Shown here in pieces: positions 11,705-23,747 of a DNA stretch of 64,000 nucleotides. The translations under genes and the position numbers were made by a program. The DNA lies in contig BCKQ01000015.1 in the NCBI GenBank assembly GCA_001600695.1, positions 132,527-196,526 of the forward strand, given 5' to 3'. Source of the stretch: Ascoidea asiatica JCM 7603 (taxonomy: Eukaryota > Fungi > Ascomycota). A model generated the notes under the pieces. It had not been told where the DNA came from and did no database searches. It saw only the letters and a list, made by a program, of their open reading frames with translations. Each line of letters starts with the position of its first letter. The first letter of the stretch is position 1.

Positions 11705-13990
11705 TTAAGCAGGAATAATTTCCCTTTTATCAGTTAATATATTAGAAGTATCTTCTTCTGTTTTTAATTCAATTTCAATTTCTTGTTTTGAGGATTCCAT
11801 TTCTGATTGAATTATTTTTTCCTCTTCTTTATGTTTTACCTCCTCTTCTTTTAGTTTTTCCTCTTCTTCTTCTTCTTCTTTTTTAAGTTGTTTAAATCTT
11901 TCGTAGAATTGAATATCTTCAGTAACAATAGTATGAGTATGACCTGGAGCATTCAAAGCTTTTCCATGAGCATCTTCTGTACAAAATGATAATGATAAAA
12001 ACCAAGGATCCTTATAAATATCTTCCATTGTTGCTCTTTTAGTATGATCAACTTCTAAAATTCTTGAAATTATTGGTCTTGCAGCATGAGGTAATAATCT
12101 CATTAATCTATATGGACCTTCAAGTGGTTTTCTCTTTTGACAACCTGTTGTATTAGTTAATGGTTGTTTTTGTGAATTATTTCCAATTTCATTAACTTTT
12201 TCTGTTGATTTATTTGAAGATTTATCTATTTTATTGTTAATTAATCCATCAGATTTAATAGATTTATCTGATTTTGCCAAAGAATCAGTTGAAATATCAA
12301 GATGTTTTTCAACACTATTATCATCCGAACATTTAATTGTTTCAATTGTTTTATTCAATTCATTATTAGTTTTTTGATGAATAGTTTCTTTCATTGATGG
12401 TGTTAATGTTGTAATTATATCAACATCTTTTTCATTGATTGTTTTGTTTTCAATTTCTGTAGTACATACACAAGAAGATATAGTTTGATTATTACTTTCA
12501 TCATCATTATTATCATCTTGTTCCTCTTTTATTGAATTTATTTTAGTTTTGGAGTTATTAATATTAATAATATTGTTAAAATTAGTTTTTTTTTCTTTAT
12601 TTTCAATATTTTCATCACTTTCTTCAATATTAACTTTTATCTTTAATTCATCTTTTTTATCATTACTATTATCATTTTGGTCATTATTATTATTAATAAT
12701 TTTATTTTCATCTGAAATAGTAGATTTAATTGTAGTTTTAATTTCAATAGATTTATTAATATTGTTTAAAATTTTTTTATCTTTAGGTTCAATATTTGTT
12801 TTTTCAATTTCTAATTCTTTTTGTTTTTCTTTTTCTTTTTCTTTTTCTTTTAATAATTTTTCTTGTCTTCTTTTATTAATTAATTTATGATGATCTTCAG
12901 CACTTTTAATATAATCATGAGGATGTTCATCAGGAGATGAATATAATTTAAAAGAAGTATCATTTAAATCAGGTTTTTTCCATGGAAATCTTTTTAAAGT
13001 CATACAACAATAAATTATACCTAAAGACCAAATATCAACAGGAGTTGCATCATATTCTATTTCAGATAAAACTTCTGGAGCTAAATATGGATCACTACCA
13101 ACAATACCTTTTGCTTTATGAGATTTATTTTCAAATGGATTTCTAAAAAGAAAAGCAGAACCAAAATCAATTAATTTTAAAATTCCATTAAAATTTACAA
13201 CACAATTATCTAATTTTAAATCTCTATGAGCTAAACCATTTGAATGTAAATAATTTACACCAGAAATTATTTGTTTAAAAGTACAATTAATTTCACTTCT
13301 TGTCATTTTACCACTCATAACTACAGCAAAAAAATCAATTGGACAATATTCCATAATTTCAAAATATCTTGAATTTTGATCATTATGAATAATATCCATA
13401 GTTTTTATAACATTTGGATGATTTAAAGTACTTCCAACACAATATTCAGTTGTACATTTTTTACTATATTCTTTAATTGATTCATTTTTTTTTTTTGGTC
13501 TAAATTCTTTAACAGCAAAAGTTAAATTATCAGTTTCTCTTGTGATGACTCTAACAGAACCTCCAGCTCCAGAACCTAAGATTTTTCCAGATAATTCACC
13601 ATTTGTACCAATTAACCATTTATCATGATTTTTTTTATCCTTTAAAGGTTTACCATTATTGGAATTAGTATTTGTATTTGTATTGGTATTATGATTATTA
13701 TTATGATTTGGAGTTTGGTTATGGTTATGATTATGATTATGATTATGATTATGATGTTGGATATGATTATGATTGTTGTGATTGTGATTATTAATATTAT
13801 TATTATTATTATTAATATTAATAATATTTTTAGAATTTATAGATGAAGAAGATTTATTATGATGAGCGAATTTAAAGAAAGTTGAGATTGAAAGTGAAGA
13901 ACTATGAGAAAGATCTTTTGATAATTTATAATCATTATTGTTATTGTGGTTATTATTGTTATTATTATTATTATTAATATTTTGAATATG

Positions 13991-14022
<32 letters not shown>

Positions 14023-14686
14023 TTAAAGAAGAAGAACTATTTGAATGAATTGAATGTATTAAGTTATTATTATTATTATTATTATTATTATTTGAATGAG
14101 ATTTTAATTGAAAAGGTTTAAAGAATCTTTTTAATTCAACCATTGAAGAATTATTTGAATTATTAAAAATATTTAATTTTTCATTACTTGAATTATTTAA
14201 ATTATTTGAATATAATATATTTGTATTTGTATTTGTATTTGAATTTGTATTTGTATTTGAATTTGAATCAATTGGAGATTTTATTGAAGATTTTATTGAA
14301 GATTTTATTGGAGAATTTTGAATTGAAGAAGGACAATTTTGATGAATATGAATATAATTTTTATTATTATTATTATGATTATGATTATGATTATTATTAT
14401 TATTATTATTATTATTATGATGAATGAAATTAATATTTAAAGAAGAATTTAAATTACTTGGAGAATTACTTAAATCATTTTCAATAATATCATTATTTGA
14501 AATATTTGAAATATTTGAAATATTAGAAGAATTAGAAATATTTGAATTATTAGACATATTAATTGTATTTGAGATTGATTTAATTGAATTTTCAGAAATA
14601 TTAGTTGAATTTGAATGTCTTCTATGATGAGTTAAAGAAGAGAAAGAGAAACCTCTTGTAAAAGAAGGACGATCATTATGTGGCAT
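11705..14686 (-). CDS. HRK1: HAL/Npr1-family Ser/Thr kinase, Hrk1/Rtk1-like, with long Asn/His low-complexity N-terminus
   Basis: [80 protein letters not shown]. Confidence 0.8.
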
Positions 14687-16099
14687 TTTGATTTACTTTA
14701 TATTATATTGTATAGTAATATGAGGTATTATATTATTATAGTATTATATTATTAGTATTATATATATAATTTATGAATTATATGTAAAACACCATTATAT
14801 TATATTATTTATATTATTTATATTATATTTGATTAAGATATATTCAAAAGAATTATTCTTTTGAGATCTTTAAGTTAAATAAAAATTGAATATAATTGAA
14901 TATAATTGAATATAATTGAATAAAATTGAATGAAGTTAAAAATCTGATTTCAAAAGGCTTTTCTCTTTATAATATTAATATTCTTGTTATTATTAATAAT
15001 ATTATTCTAGTTATGATAATTATTATATATATATATTATATATGTTGATTGATATGATGATTGATTAATGATAGAATAAAAATTGTTGAGATTTTATTCA
15101 ATTCACTTGAGCTTATTTTAGTTTATTATTTATTATTTATTTACTTTTTCTCGAGCTGCTTCAGACAGGCAGATTACAGAACATTTAGCCGTTACCGAAC
15201 ATGTTCGAGAGTGATTCAGAGTGATCGTTAGTGATCGTTAGTGACTCATGCCAACTCCGAGCTCGTTGTCGGGGCTGCTGGGCTGTTGCAATGGCAACCA
15301 CTGCACCGCGCGGCAAAGAACTGTGCTGGCAGCTGCCATTTGTGCGGTCTCCTGCCAAGCGGATCTTGAGCCCCAGTCTGGTTCTTTTCTCTTTCTTTTC
15401 AGTTTCCTTCCGGGGCTTTTGTGGGTGAGCAACAGAACAAGCAAAACAGCAAGCAAAACAGCAAACAAAACAGCAAACTTGAACGAATAGCGAAAAAGAG
15501 TCGTGTGTAGTGCTGTATGTTGGAGTGTGTGGAAGTGCAAAGGCCAATCGCAGCATGGAATAATTTGAGGTATTTGAGTGAATTTCAGTGTTTTGAGTGG
15601 GCAAATAGCACGGGGAGCAGTGTCGTGTGGTGACTTGGACTAAATGGCTCGCGGTCCGGGTTTATCAGAGAAATATACATTGAAAATCAGTTAAAATATC
15701 CACGATTTAACATTATCAGAACTTGAGAAGATTTGTTGGAATAAATCTTAACGAACGAGGGATGAGATTGGAAATGGTCGTGGAAATGGTCGTTAAGGAT
15801 CTTGCTCTGTTAAAGAATCAACCAGGAATTAATATGATAATAAGTAACAAGATATTAAGTAACAAGCTACCAAGTAGATACCAAGTAGATACCAAGTAGA
15901 TACTAATATCAATAGTAGTAGTAACAGTAGTAGTAACAGTAATAACACAAACCACTCACAACACAATCACAACAATTTTGTGTCAAGCTCAAACTTTTCT
16001 GACCGGTCACATGACCATTGTCCTGATCTGCTACATCACGTGTCAAAATATTACAAATAAAATTACAATAAAATTACAATAAAAAAGAATGCTTTTATC

Positions 16100-16171
16100 T
16101 TCCGATGCCGGGAATCGAACCCGGATTCAGTCGGTGAGAGCGACTAGTGATAACCATTACACTACATCGGA
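16100..16171 (-). tRNA. tRNA-Glu(CTC)
   Basis: TCCGATGTAGTGTAATGGTTATCACTAGTCGCT-CTC-ACCGACTGAATCCGGGTTCGATTCCCGGCATCGGAA. Confidence 0.97.
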
Positions 16172-16804
16172 TTTTCCTTAATTTTTTTCATTTTCCACAA
16201 CACCCTCGGTTTTTTTCATCTTACTTCCCTTCACGTGACTTTGTGTACTTATCTAATTAAGCTTTTTGCTAACATTAAAATCTAATACTCATATTCATAC
16301 TCATATTCATATTTATATTCATATTTATTATCTTTAATATCAAATTATTCATATTCATATACTGTATAAAAATTTATTATATTATATTATATATAATAAA
16401 TCAAATCATAATGATCATCATTTACTTCTAAAATTTATTTTAAATTATTTTAAAACAATTTAATCATAAATAATGTTTTAAACGCGAATTTTATATTGAA
16501 ATTTAATAAAATCTTAATAAAGTTATATTATTTGTATTAATAATATTACATTCAAGTAACTATTTAATGTTATTCAATATATTTTCAATATATTTTCAAT
16601 ATATTTTCAATATATTTACAATCTATTTTCTTATAATATATTTATTATATAAATTCAATTTATATTCTTCTAAAATTATGTTTTTTATACATTTATCCTC
16701 ATAAATTTATCCTCATTAACATATTCTTAACAAATCTTTTTATTCTTAAAAAGATATTATCAAATACATTAATAATTAACTTATTTTAATATACTATATA
16801 TAAA

Positions 16805-18529
16805 ATGTCATTTACTTCAATTAAAACATCTTCAAATACAACTACAACTACAACTGCTTATTCAAATCCAAATGATAAATATGCTTATATTATTTTTACT
16901 TTATCAATTTTAGATCCAATTTTATTCTCATTTTTAAGATCTCAATATTTTAATAAATATTTTAAAAATACAAATTCAATTTCAAATAAATTTTTAAAAA
17001 TTATTTCAAATCCAAATTTTTTTATAAGATCTTTAATTTGGTTAATAATTATTTCAATTTTATCATTTTTTAATTATACAAATGATCTTTTTTTTTTAAT
17101 TATTAAAAGAACTGGAAAATTAGCTTTTGCTTTATTTCCTTTAAATATTTTCTTAGCTTTAAAACCAAATCCATTACCAAATATTTATTATTTAGAAATT
17201 TTATCTTTACATAAATATTTATCAAGAATTATATTTATATTTTCAATTATTCATTCTTTTGGTTTTTTAATTAAATGGATTGAATATGGTACTTTTATTG
17301 AAAAAATTTTATTAATTTCAAATTTATTTGGTTTAATTTTATTTATTATATTTTTTTTAATGTTATTTTTAACTTTAAAATTAATTAGAAAAAATATTTA
17401 TAATTTTTTTTTTTTTTTACATATTTTAACAATTTTTTTATCAATTTTTTTAATACCATATCATGCAACTGGTGGTAAAAATTTTTTTGATATTTATTCA
17501 ATAATTTCAATAATTTTAATTACTTTATCAATTTTTTATAAATATATTTCATCATTTGAAACAATTTTAAATATTAAAAAAAATAAATTTTCAAAATTAA
17601 TTATAATAAAATTTCCAAGATCTTGTATTGGTGGTTATATTATACCTGGATCACATTTAAGAATTTCAAAAAATTATAAAAAAAATTTATTTTATTTAAT
17701 TTTTTGGCCTTCACATCCTTTTACAATTGCTCAAGTTAATGAAAATTTTATAACTTGTATAATTTCAAAACCAAATAAATTTTATTTAAATAATGAATTT
17801 AAATATTCAATTTTTGGTTCATTTCCTTCATTACCACAATCTTTTTTTAATAATATTAAAGATATTATTTGTATTTGTGGAGGTTCTGGAATTGCATATG
17901 GTTTATCAATTTATAAAGAATTATTAAAAAATATGTTAAAAAATAAATGTAATATGAGAATAATTTGGATTATTAAAAATAAAGAAGATATTTATATTTT
18001 AAAAGAACTTGGTTATAATGGATCAAATTTATTAAATTTTGAAATTTATGTAACTTCAAAAGGTTATAAATTACCAAATTCAGAAACTGAAGCAATATTA
18101 TTTGGACCAGGTGGTGCAATTGATACATTTGATGAAATTCATTTAAAAAATGAAGAATTATCTTATGATAATAATAATGAAAATAATGAAAATCCATTTT
18201 CAATACCAATTCAAGATAATGAAGATGAAAAAAATAATTATAATATTCAAGTTAATTCAAGAAGTAGAAGTAATACAACTAATACAAGTAATTCAAATGA
18301 ACAAAAACAAAATGGATTTAAAATTAGATGGGGTAGACCAAATTTAAATTTATGTTTTCAACCTTTATTATTTGAAAATAGAAGAATTTCTCTGTCTTAT
18401 AATGATGATGCAACTGCAAATGCTGGTAAATGGATTATTGCTTGTGGTCCAAAACCTTTAATAAATGAAAGTAAAAAATGGTGTAAAGAAAATTCTATTC
18501 AATTTTTCTCAGAAAAATTTGATATGTAA
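16805..18529 (+). CDS. AIM14: Ferric reductase/NADPH oxidase family protein, Aim14/Yno1-like
   Basis: Multiple TM helices with heme histidines (LHKYLSR, IHSFGF), GSHLRIS, PSHPFTIA (FAD), GGSGIAY (NADPH), ACGP...EKF. Confidence 0.8.
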   Translation: MSFTSIKTSSNTTTTTTAYSNPNDKYAYIIFTLSILDPILFSFLRSQYFNKYFKNTNSISNKFLKIISNPNFFIRSLIWLIIISILSFFNYTNDLFFLIIKRTGKLAFALFPLNIFLALKPNPLPNIYYLEILSLHKYLSRIIFIFSIIHSFGFLIKWIEYGTFIEKILLISNLFGLILFIIFFLMLFLTLKLIRKNIYNFFFFLHILTIFLSIFLIPYHATGGKNFFDIYSIISIILITLSIFYKYISSFETILNIKKNKFSKLIIIKFPRSCIGGYIIPGSHLRISKNYKKNLFYLIFWPSHPFTIAQVNENFITCIISKPNKFYLNNEFKYSIFGSFPSLPQSFFNNIKDIICICGGSGIAYGLSIYKELLKNMLKNKCNMRIIWIIKNKEDIYILKELGYNGSNLLNFEIYVTSKGYKLPNSETEAILFGPGGAIDTFDEIHLKNEELSYDNNNENNENPFSIPIQDNEDEKNNYNIQVNSRSRSNTTNTSNSNEQKQNGFKIRWGRPNLNLCFQPLLFENRRISLSYNDDATANAGKWIIACGPKPLINESKKWCKENSIQFFSEKFDM

Positions 18530-19014
18530 ATTTAAATTTACTGATTTATTTATTTATTTATTTCATTTAATTATTTCATTTAATTGCTTATATTCATTTT
18601 CAATGTTATCTTCCAAAATCTTTTTGTTTTCAATCTTGATTTTTATCAATTACCAATTACCAATTTCAATTCATAGTTTTTTCATTTCCATATTTTCATA
18701 TTTTATTATTTATATACTTTTATACTTTTATAATTTTATAATTTTATAATTTTATATTTTTTTTTTTCTAAGATTTTAATTTGAAAACCTTAGATGAAAT
18801 TAATCTATATAATTTCAAAAGTATACTTAGGAAACTACGAAATCTCACAAACTTTGTCTTGTAGTCATATTTGTAAACACCAATGTATCCCCATAAATAT
18901 TTTGATTCTTATACAATTGATTATACAATTGATTTTTTATCTTCTTTAGTTATTAAGTCAAGAAGGTATTTCCGAGACCCTTGAAATATTAATCCGGAAA
19001 CATCTTAACATTAA

Positions 19015-19086
19015 TCCGATATAGTGTAACGGTGATCATACCTCGCTTTCACCGAGGAGACCCGGGTTCGACTCCCGGTATCGGAA
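19015..19086 (+). tRNA. tRNA-Glu(TTC)
   Basis: TCCGATATAGTGTAACGGTGATCATACCTCGCT-TTC-ACCGAGGAGACCCGGGTTCGACTCCCGGTATCGGAA. Confidence 0.97.
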
Positions 19087-19206
19087 TAGAAGCATGTTAA
19101 TTAACATTTTTCTTTATATTTTTTTTCAAGTTCTTGTCCTACAATTATATATTTTTTGCCCTAAATAAAAATTAAAAAAAAATAAAAATAAAACTAAAAA
19201 AAAGGA

Positions 19207-19300
19207 CTCCTCATTAGGGGCTCGAACCCTAGACATTTCGGTTGCTCGAAATTAACAAATCCCTAAAAGCCGAACGCTCTACCAACTGAGCTAATGGGGA
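19207..19300 (-). tRNA. tRNA-Lys(TTT) with 21-nt intron
   Basis: TCCCCATTAGCTCAGTTGGTAGAGCGTTCGGCT-TTT-A[intron]ACCGAAATGTCTAGGGTTCGAGCCCCTAATGAGGAG. Confidence 0.96.
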
Positions 19301-19746
19301 TGAGTCCTGTTTCTTGGGTTTCCTTCAAGTTTACCAGATTAAACAAAAAGGGTCTTCTTCTGTAAGGGTCCTTTCATAAACCCTTTTTAGACCCTTTTTA
19401 GACCCTTTTTAATTTTTTTAATTTTTTTAAGTTTTTTTTATGTTTTTACAATCCCCATTATTTGCTTTATATCCATTGGATTATATCCAGTTTTTCAAAT
19501 TTCTTTGATTCTACAACTTAACAATTTCAATAATGATAGTCATGATTTTTTAAATCTAACGAAAGCTTGTATGTAGTTGTCAGCTATTAGACTTTACTTT
19601 GATCTAAAGTTATTGCAAACATACATACACTTTTCATAATATCTTTTTTATTTTACACTATTTAACAAAAATTATAAAAATTCTGATTTTACTTTCTACC
19701 TATATTGAAATCTAGAAGAAAATGTACATTAATATTATAGACAACA

Positions 19747-21627
19747 TCATTTTTTTTTATTCTTTATTTTAATATTTCTCTTATTCAATACCTTATAAAT
19801 ATCTTCAAAAGTAATAGTACAATTAAAATTTTTATTTTTTTCATAATTTTCTTGAATATATAATAAATTTTCAATAAAATTTATGTTTTTTAAATCCAAT
19901 TCTAAATTTTTATTTTTTTTAAATAATTTTAATTCATTAATATCTTTATTAAATTTTCCAAATCTTGAAGTCCACCAATAAATATTTTCCTTAAATGGAA
20001 AATTACATTTTAAATTAATTAAAATATTTGCTTTTTTAAATTTTTTTAATTCAAGATCTTCAAAAATTTCTATAGAATTATTTAAAATTTCTAAATTTTT
20101 TAAATTTTGTAAATTAAAAATATTTTCAATTTTTTTAATTTTATTTGAATTTAAATTTAAATATTTAAGTTTTTTTAATTTATTTATATTTTCTAAGATT
20201 TTAATTTGATTATTATTTAAATATAAAATTTTTAAATTTTTTAAATGATTTAAATTTTTAATTTTAATAATTTTATTATAACTTAAATCTAAAAAATTTA
20301 AAAATGATAAACCATGAATAAAATCAATTTTTTCAATTTGATTATTATTTAAATTTAAATAATTTAAATTATTAATTTTTGATAAAGATCTTATTGAAGA
20401 AATTTTATTATTTGATAAATTTAAAAATTTTAAATTAATTAAATAATCAAAATTTGGAATTTTTTTAATATTATTATTATTAAAATCTAAAAAAATTAAA
20501 TTTTTTAAATTTTCAAAATTTTTAATTTTAGAAATATTATTATGTGATAAAATAAGAAATTTTAAATTATTTAAATTTAAAATACTTTGAAAAATTTCAT
20601 TAATTGAATTAAATTTTAAATTTAAATAATTTAAATTTTTAAAATTTTTAAAATCATTATTTAAATCTATTAATCCATCAGAATATCTACGACTTAGTTC
20701 AAGTTTTTTTAAAGTTTTTAAATTACTCAAAATTTCTATAATTTCAGAAATATTTAAAAAATTAGATTTTGAAAAATCAATTGATTTAATTTTTTTTAAA
20801 TATTTTAAAGGTTTTAATAAATCATTAGAAATAGAATTTTTAAAAGAAATTGATTTTAATTTAATTTCAAAAATATTTGGTATATTTTTTAAAAAATTTA
20901 AATTATTTAAAATTGTATAATTTAAATTTAAAATTTTTAAATTTTTAAAAGATTTTAAAAAATTATCTGGAAATTTTTCAGAAAAATTATTAAAACTTAA
21001 ATTTAAATATTTTAAATTTTCTAAATTATTTAAATTTGTTAAATTATTTAAAATAGTTAATGGAAATTTTAAAAATTCATTTGAAATTCTAATATTTAAA
21101 TATTTGAAATTTTTATTTGAAATATTTTCTAATATTGAAAATAAAGAAGAATTTATTGAACTTTCATTATTAATATTATTAATATTCTTATTAACACTTA
21201 TGAAATATAAAGAATTAAGATTTTTAAATAAATTAATTTCATTATTTATAATATTTTTAAATTTATTATTATTATAAGAATTATTAATAAATAAATCACC
21301 AATAATAATATTTTTATAAGATTTTATCCAATTTATATTTGATTTAAAAGTAAAATTATTATTATCATTATTATCATTATTTTGTTTTAATCTTAAAATT
21401 GAATTTGGTTTAAATAATTTAAATTTATTATTTTGATAAAATTTATTAAAACCAGCATTATAAAATTGATTATCAACAAAAGAGAAAAAAAAAGTAAATG
21501 AATTTAATCTTTCAGATGAAATTTTATAAATATTAATATTATTAGATAAAGTAAATAACCAACATTTATCTAAAGTTATATAATTAAATATTAATTTTAA
21601 AATATGAATAGGAAGTTTATTAATCAT
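19747..21627 (-). CDS. F-box-like N-terminus plus SDS22-type LRR protein (paralog 2)
   Basis: MINKLPIHILKLIFNYITLDKCWLFTLS (F-box-like LP...IF.Y); many LxxLxLxxNxI repeats; shares FTFKSxIxWI..Y.NI.IGDLF and FP..NI.WW/YW motifs with paralog 1. Confidence 0.85.
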   Translation of the reverse strand: MINKLPIHILKLIFNYITLDKCWLFTLSNNINIYKISSERLNSFTFFFSFVDNQFYNAGFNKFYQNNKFKLFKPNSILRLKQNNDNNDNNNFTFKSNINWIKSYKNIIIGDLFINNSYNNNKFKNIINNEINLFKNLNSLYFISVNKNINNINNESSINSSLFSILENISNKNFKYLNIRISNEFLKFPLTILNNLTNLNNLENLKYLNLSFNNFSEKFPDNFLKSFKNLKILNLNYTILNNLNFLKNIPNIFEIKLKSISFKNSISNDLLKPLKYLKKIKSIDFSKSNFLNISEIIEILSNLKTLKKLELSRRYSDGLIDLNNDFKNFKNLNYLNLKFNSINEIFQSILNLNNLKFLILSHNNISKIKNFENLKNLIFLDFNNNNIKKIPNFDYLINLKFLNLSNNKISSIRSLSKINNLNYLNLNNNQIEKIDFIHGLSFLNFLDLSYNKIIKIKNLNHLKNLKILYLNNNQIKILENINKLKKLKYLNLNSNKIKKIENIFNLQNLKNLEILNNSIEIFEDLELKKFKKANILINLKCNFPFKENIYWWTSRFGKFNKDINELKLFKKNKNLELDLKNINFIENLLYIQENYEKNKNFNCTITFEDIYKVLNKRNIKIKNKKK

Positions 21628-21960
21628 TATTTATTCTGGATTTACATTAAGTGAGTTTACAACTCTTACAACTCTTTCTTTTTGAATTGAGAACATTTTT
21701 GAATCATATATATTGTTTTAGAAACTGCAATGAAGTTTGTCTGGTAAACATTATTGGAACAATAGATAATAACTGATTAGAAAGAAGATGAAGAAGAAAG
21801 AGGAAAGAAAGAATAAATAAATAAATAAAGAATAAATAAATAAAGGTTACTTCAGAATGGTAAATATGAAAAAGAGAGCAGAAATTGTAAAATAAACAAG
21901 CAGCACGTGAACAAGGCACGTGATCCGCAAAGGTCAGGTGAAACGGCGGAGCCAGGTTAG

Positions 21961-22130
21961 AGGTACTTCTTAAGAGACCATAAGTTTGGGTGCCCTTAAT
22001 TGAGGCCGCATAATTGGTACTCCTTGTTTGAGTCCAGGTAAATGGTACTTCTTATTTGAAACCATTGTTCTGGTACTTTTTATTTAAGCAGTAAGACCAA
22101 CTAATTGGAACTCCTTATTTGAATCCACGT
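21961..22130. repeat. Degenerate ~27-bp tandem array, 6 units, consensus TGGTACTYCTTATTTGARNCCA
   Basis: Units include tggtactccttgtttgagtcca, tggtacttcttatttgaaacca, tggaactccttatttgaatcca. Confidence 0.75.
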
Positions 22131-22637
22131 TTATGGGTCTGACTACTACAGATATACTACTTCTGCTGAATGTATTTCTGTGGTTGTTCAGATATATTTC
22201 CAAAATAGAATTTATACCTTCTTTTTATTGTGTTTTATTTTTTTACGCGTCGCAAGAGAACAATAGAAATGCACTTAGTACAACCTGCTGTTTTATAGTG
22301 TGTGTAAGCACTCTTTTGTAATTCTATTTATTTAGACTTGTATTGATGATGGAATATAAATCATTTACAATTACTAGTACAAAGTTCTATGGAATAATAT
22401 TTCTTGATAAGAAACTTTCTGTAAACTACAAACAAAGTACAACTAATTTTTTTCAATTGAATAAAATGTTTATAAAAGATAAATATGGAAAAAAATAGTA
22501 AATAAATATAAATATATATATAATACGTAATATTTGATTATTCACAATCTATCAAAGAAATTACTTATTAAAAATAATACCTTTTAAAAGATTAGAATAT
22601 CAATATTTTTATTTATTTATTTCTTTAAAGAATAAAT

Positions 22638-23747
22638 TTAACAAGAAGCACCTGAACCAGATGGAATACCAGAACATGTTTTTTTAGTTTTACCACCAGT
22701 AATTGAAACTCCAGACCATGTCCAATCAGATGCACCTTTAACTAAAATATAAACTGGTTGTGCACTGCTAGCAACAGATCCAGTAACTTTTTCAATGGTT
22801 AAATCTGTAATTGGAACACCAGATGTTGCTGTACCAGTTGGAGAACCATTTTCATAATCACCTTCTATTACAATACCATATTTAGCAATATTACTCAAAG
22901 TAATATCTTTATATGAAACTCCAGTTACACTACCAGTTGCACCATAAACAGTTTTAATTCTAACACCATTATCTGAATCTTTAACAGTACAATCTGAAAC
23001 ATAAACATTTTTAACAACATTATTACTTCTACCACCAACTGATCCAATAGAAATACCATGACCACCAGAACATGTATTACCAGAGAAATAAATATTTGTA
23101 CCTGAATTAACTGCTAAACAATCATCTTGATTTTTAATAACTGAATTTGTAATATGAATATTAGATGATGATCCAACATCAAATGCATCAGTATTATGAC
23201 CTTTTGAAGTACCAGCAGAATTATCAAGTGTAATACTATCAACTGTTAAATCTGATGATGAATTAATTGAAAAACATTGAACTGGTGCATTTTTTATATT
23301 TAATCCAGAAACTTTTGAATTACTTTTAAGAGAATGTAAATAAACAAATTTTGGTTTTTTAACACCACCATTTGAACCTTTACCATCCCAATATTTAGCA
23401 CCATTACCATCAATTGAATGTCCAGATGCACCAGTAATTGTAATTCCAGATCCTGAAAATGACATTAATGGTCCTTCCCATGCTTTATAAGCAAAAGATG
23501 TTGCACCTTCAAATGTAACAGTTGTACCAGTTTTAAGACCAGTTAAATCTAATGTTTTACCTGCTGGAACTGTAACTGCATCAATAATAATTGATGTACA
23601 TGAAGCTTTAATAGAAGATAATGATGAAAAATTAGATGTTGTAACTGTACATGATGAACGTTTTTCTAAATCAGATCCAACTGGTGTACCAATAACAGCT
23701 GATAAAAGTGTTAATAAAGCAGTAATTGAAGTGAATTTAAATTGCAT
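22638..23747 (-). CDS. PGU1: Secreted endopolygalacturonase (GH28), PGU1-like
   Basis: Signal peptide and KR pro-site; catalytic motifs HNTDAFD, NQDDC, GGHGISIGS, RIKT. Confidence 0.93.
   Translation of the reverse strand: MQFKFTSITALLTLLSAVIGTPVGSDLEKRSSCTVTTSNFSSLSSIKASCTSIIIDAVTVPAGKTLDLTGLKTGTTVTFEGATSFAYKAWEGPLMSFSGSGITITGASGHSIDGNGAKYWDGKGSNGGVKKPKFVYLHSLKSNSKVSGLNIKNAPVQCFSINSSSDLTVDSITLDNSAGTSKGHNTDAFDVGSSSNIHITNSVIKNQDDCLAVNSGTNIYFSGNTCSGGHGISIGSVGGRSNNVVKNVYVSDCTVKDSDNGVRIKTVYGATGSVTGVSYKDITLSNIAKYGIVIEGDYENGSPTGTATSGVPITDLTIEKVTGSVASSAQPVYILVKGASDWTWSGVSITGGKTKKTCSGIPSGSGASC

Noticed and set aside
16000-16800. RTCACRTG followed by a very AT-rich tract, resembling a point centromere (CDEI-CDEII)
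   Set aside because: No CDEIII (TGT...CCGAA) at a suitable distance; the motif is frequent in this window and the whole genome is AT-rich.
1653-18749. Antisense or alternative-frame ORFs (1653, 2383, 7445, 9188, 9273, 12549, 14188, 14424, 17973, 18150, 18465)
   Set aside because: Shadows of real genes or of microsatellites, with no independent coding signal.
21961-22130. CRISPR-like repeat/spacer array
   Set aside because: Eukaryotic context, degenerate repeats, linkers of only about 5-13 bp, and no cas genes.
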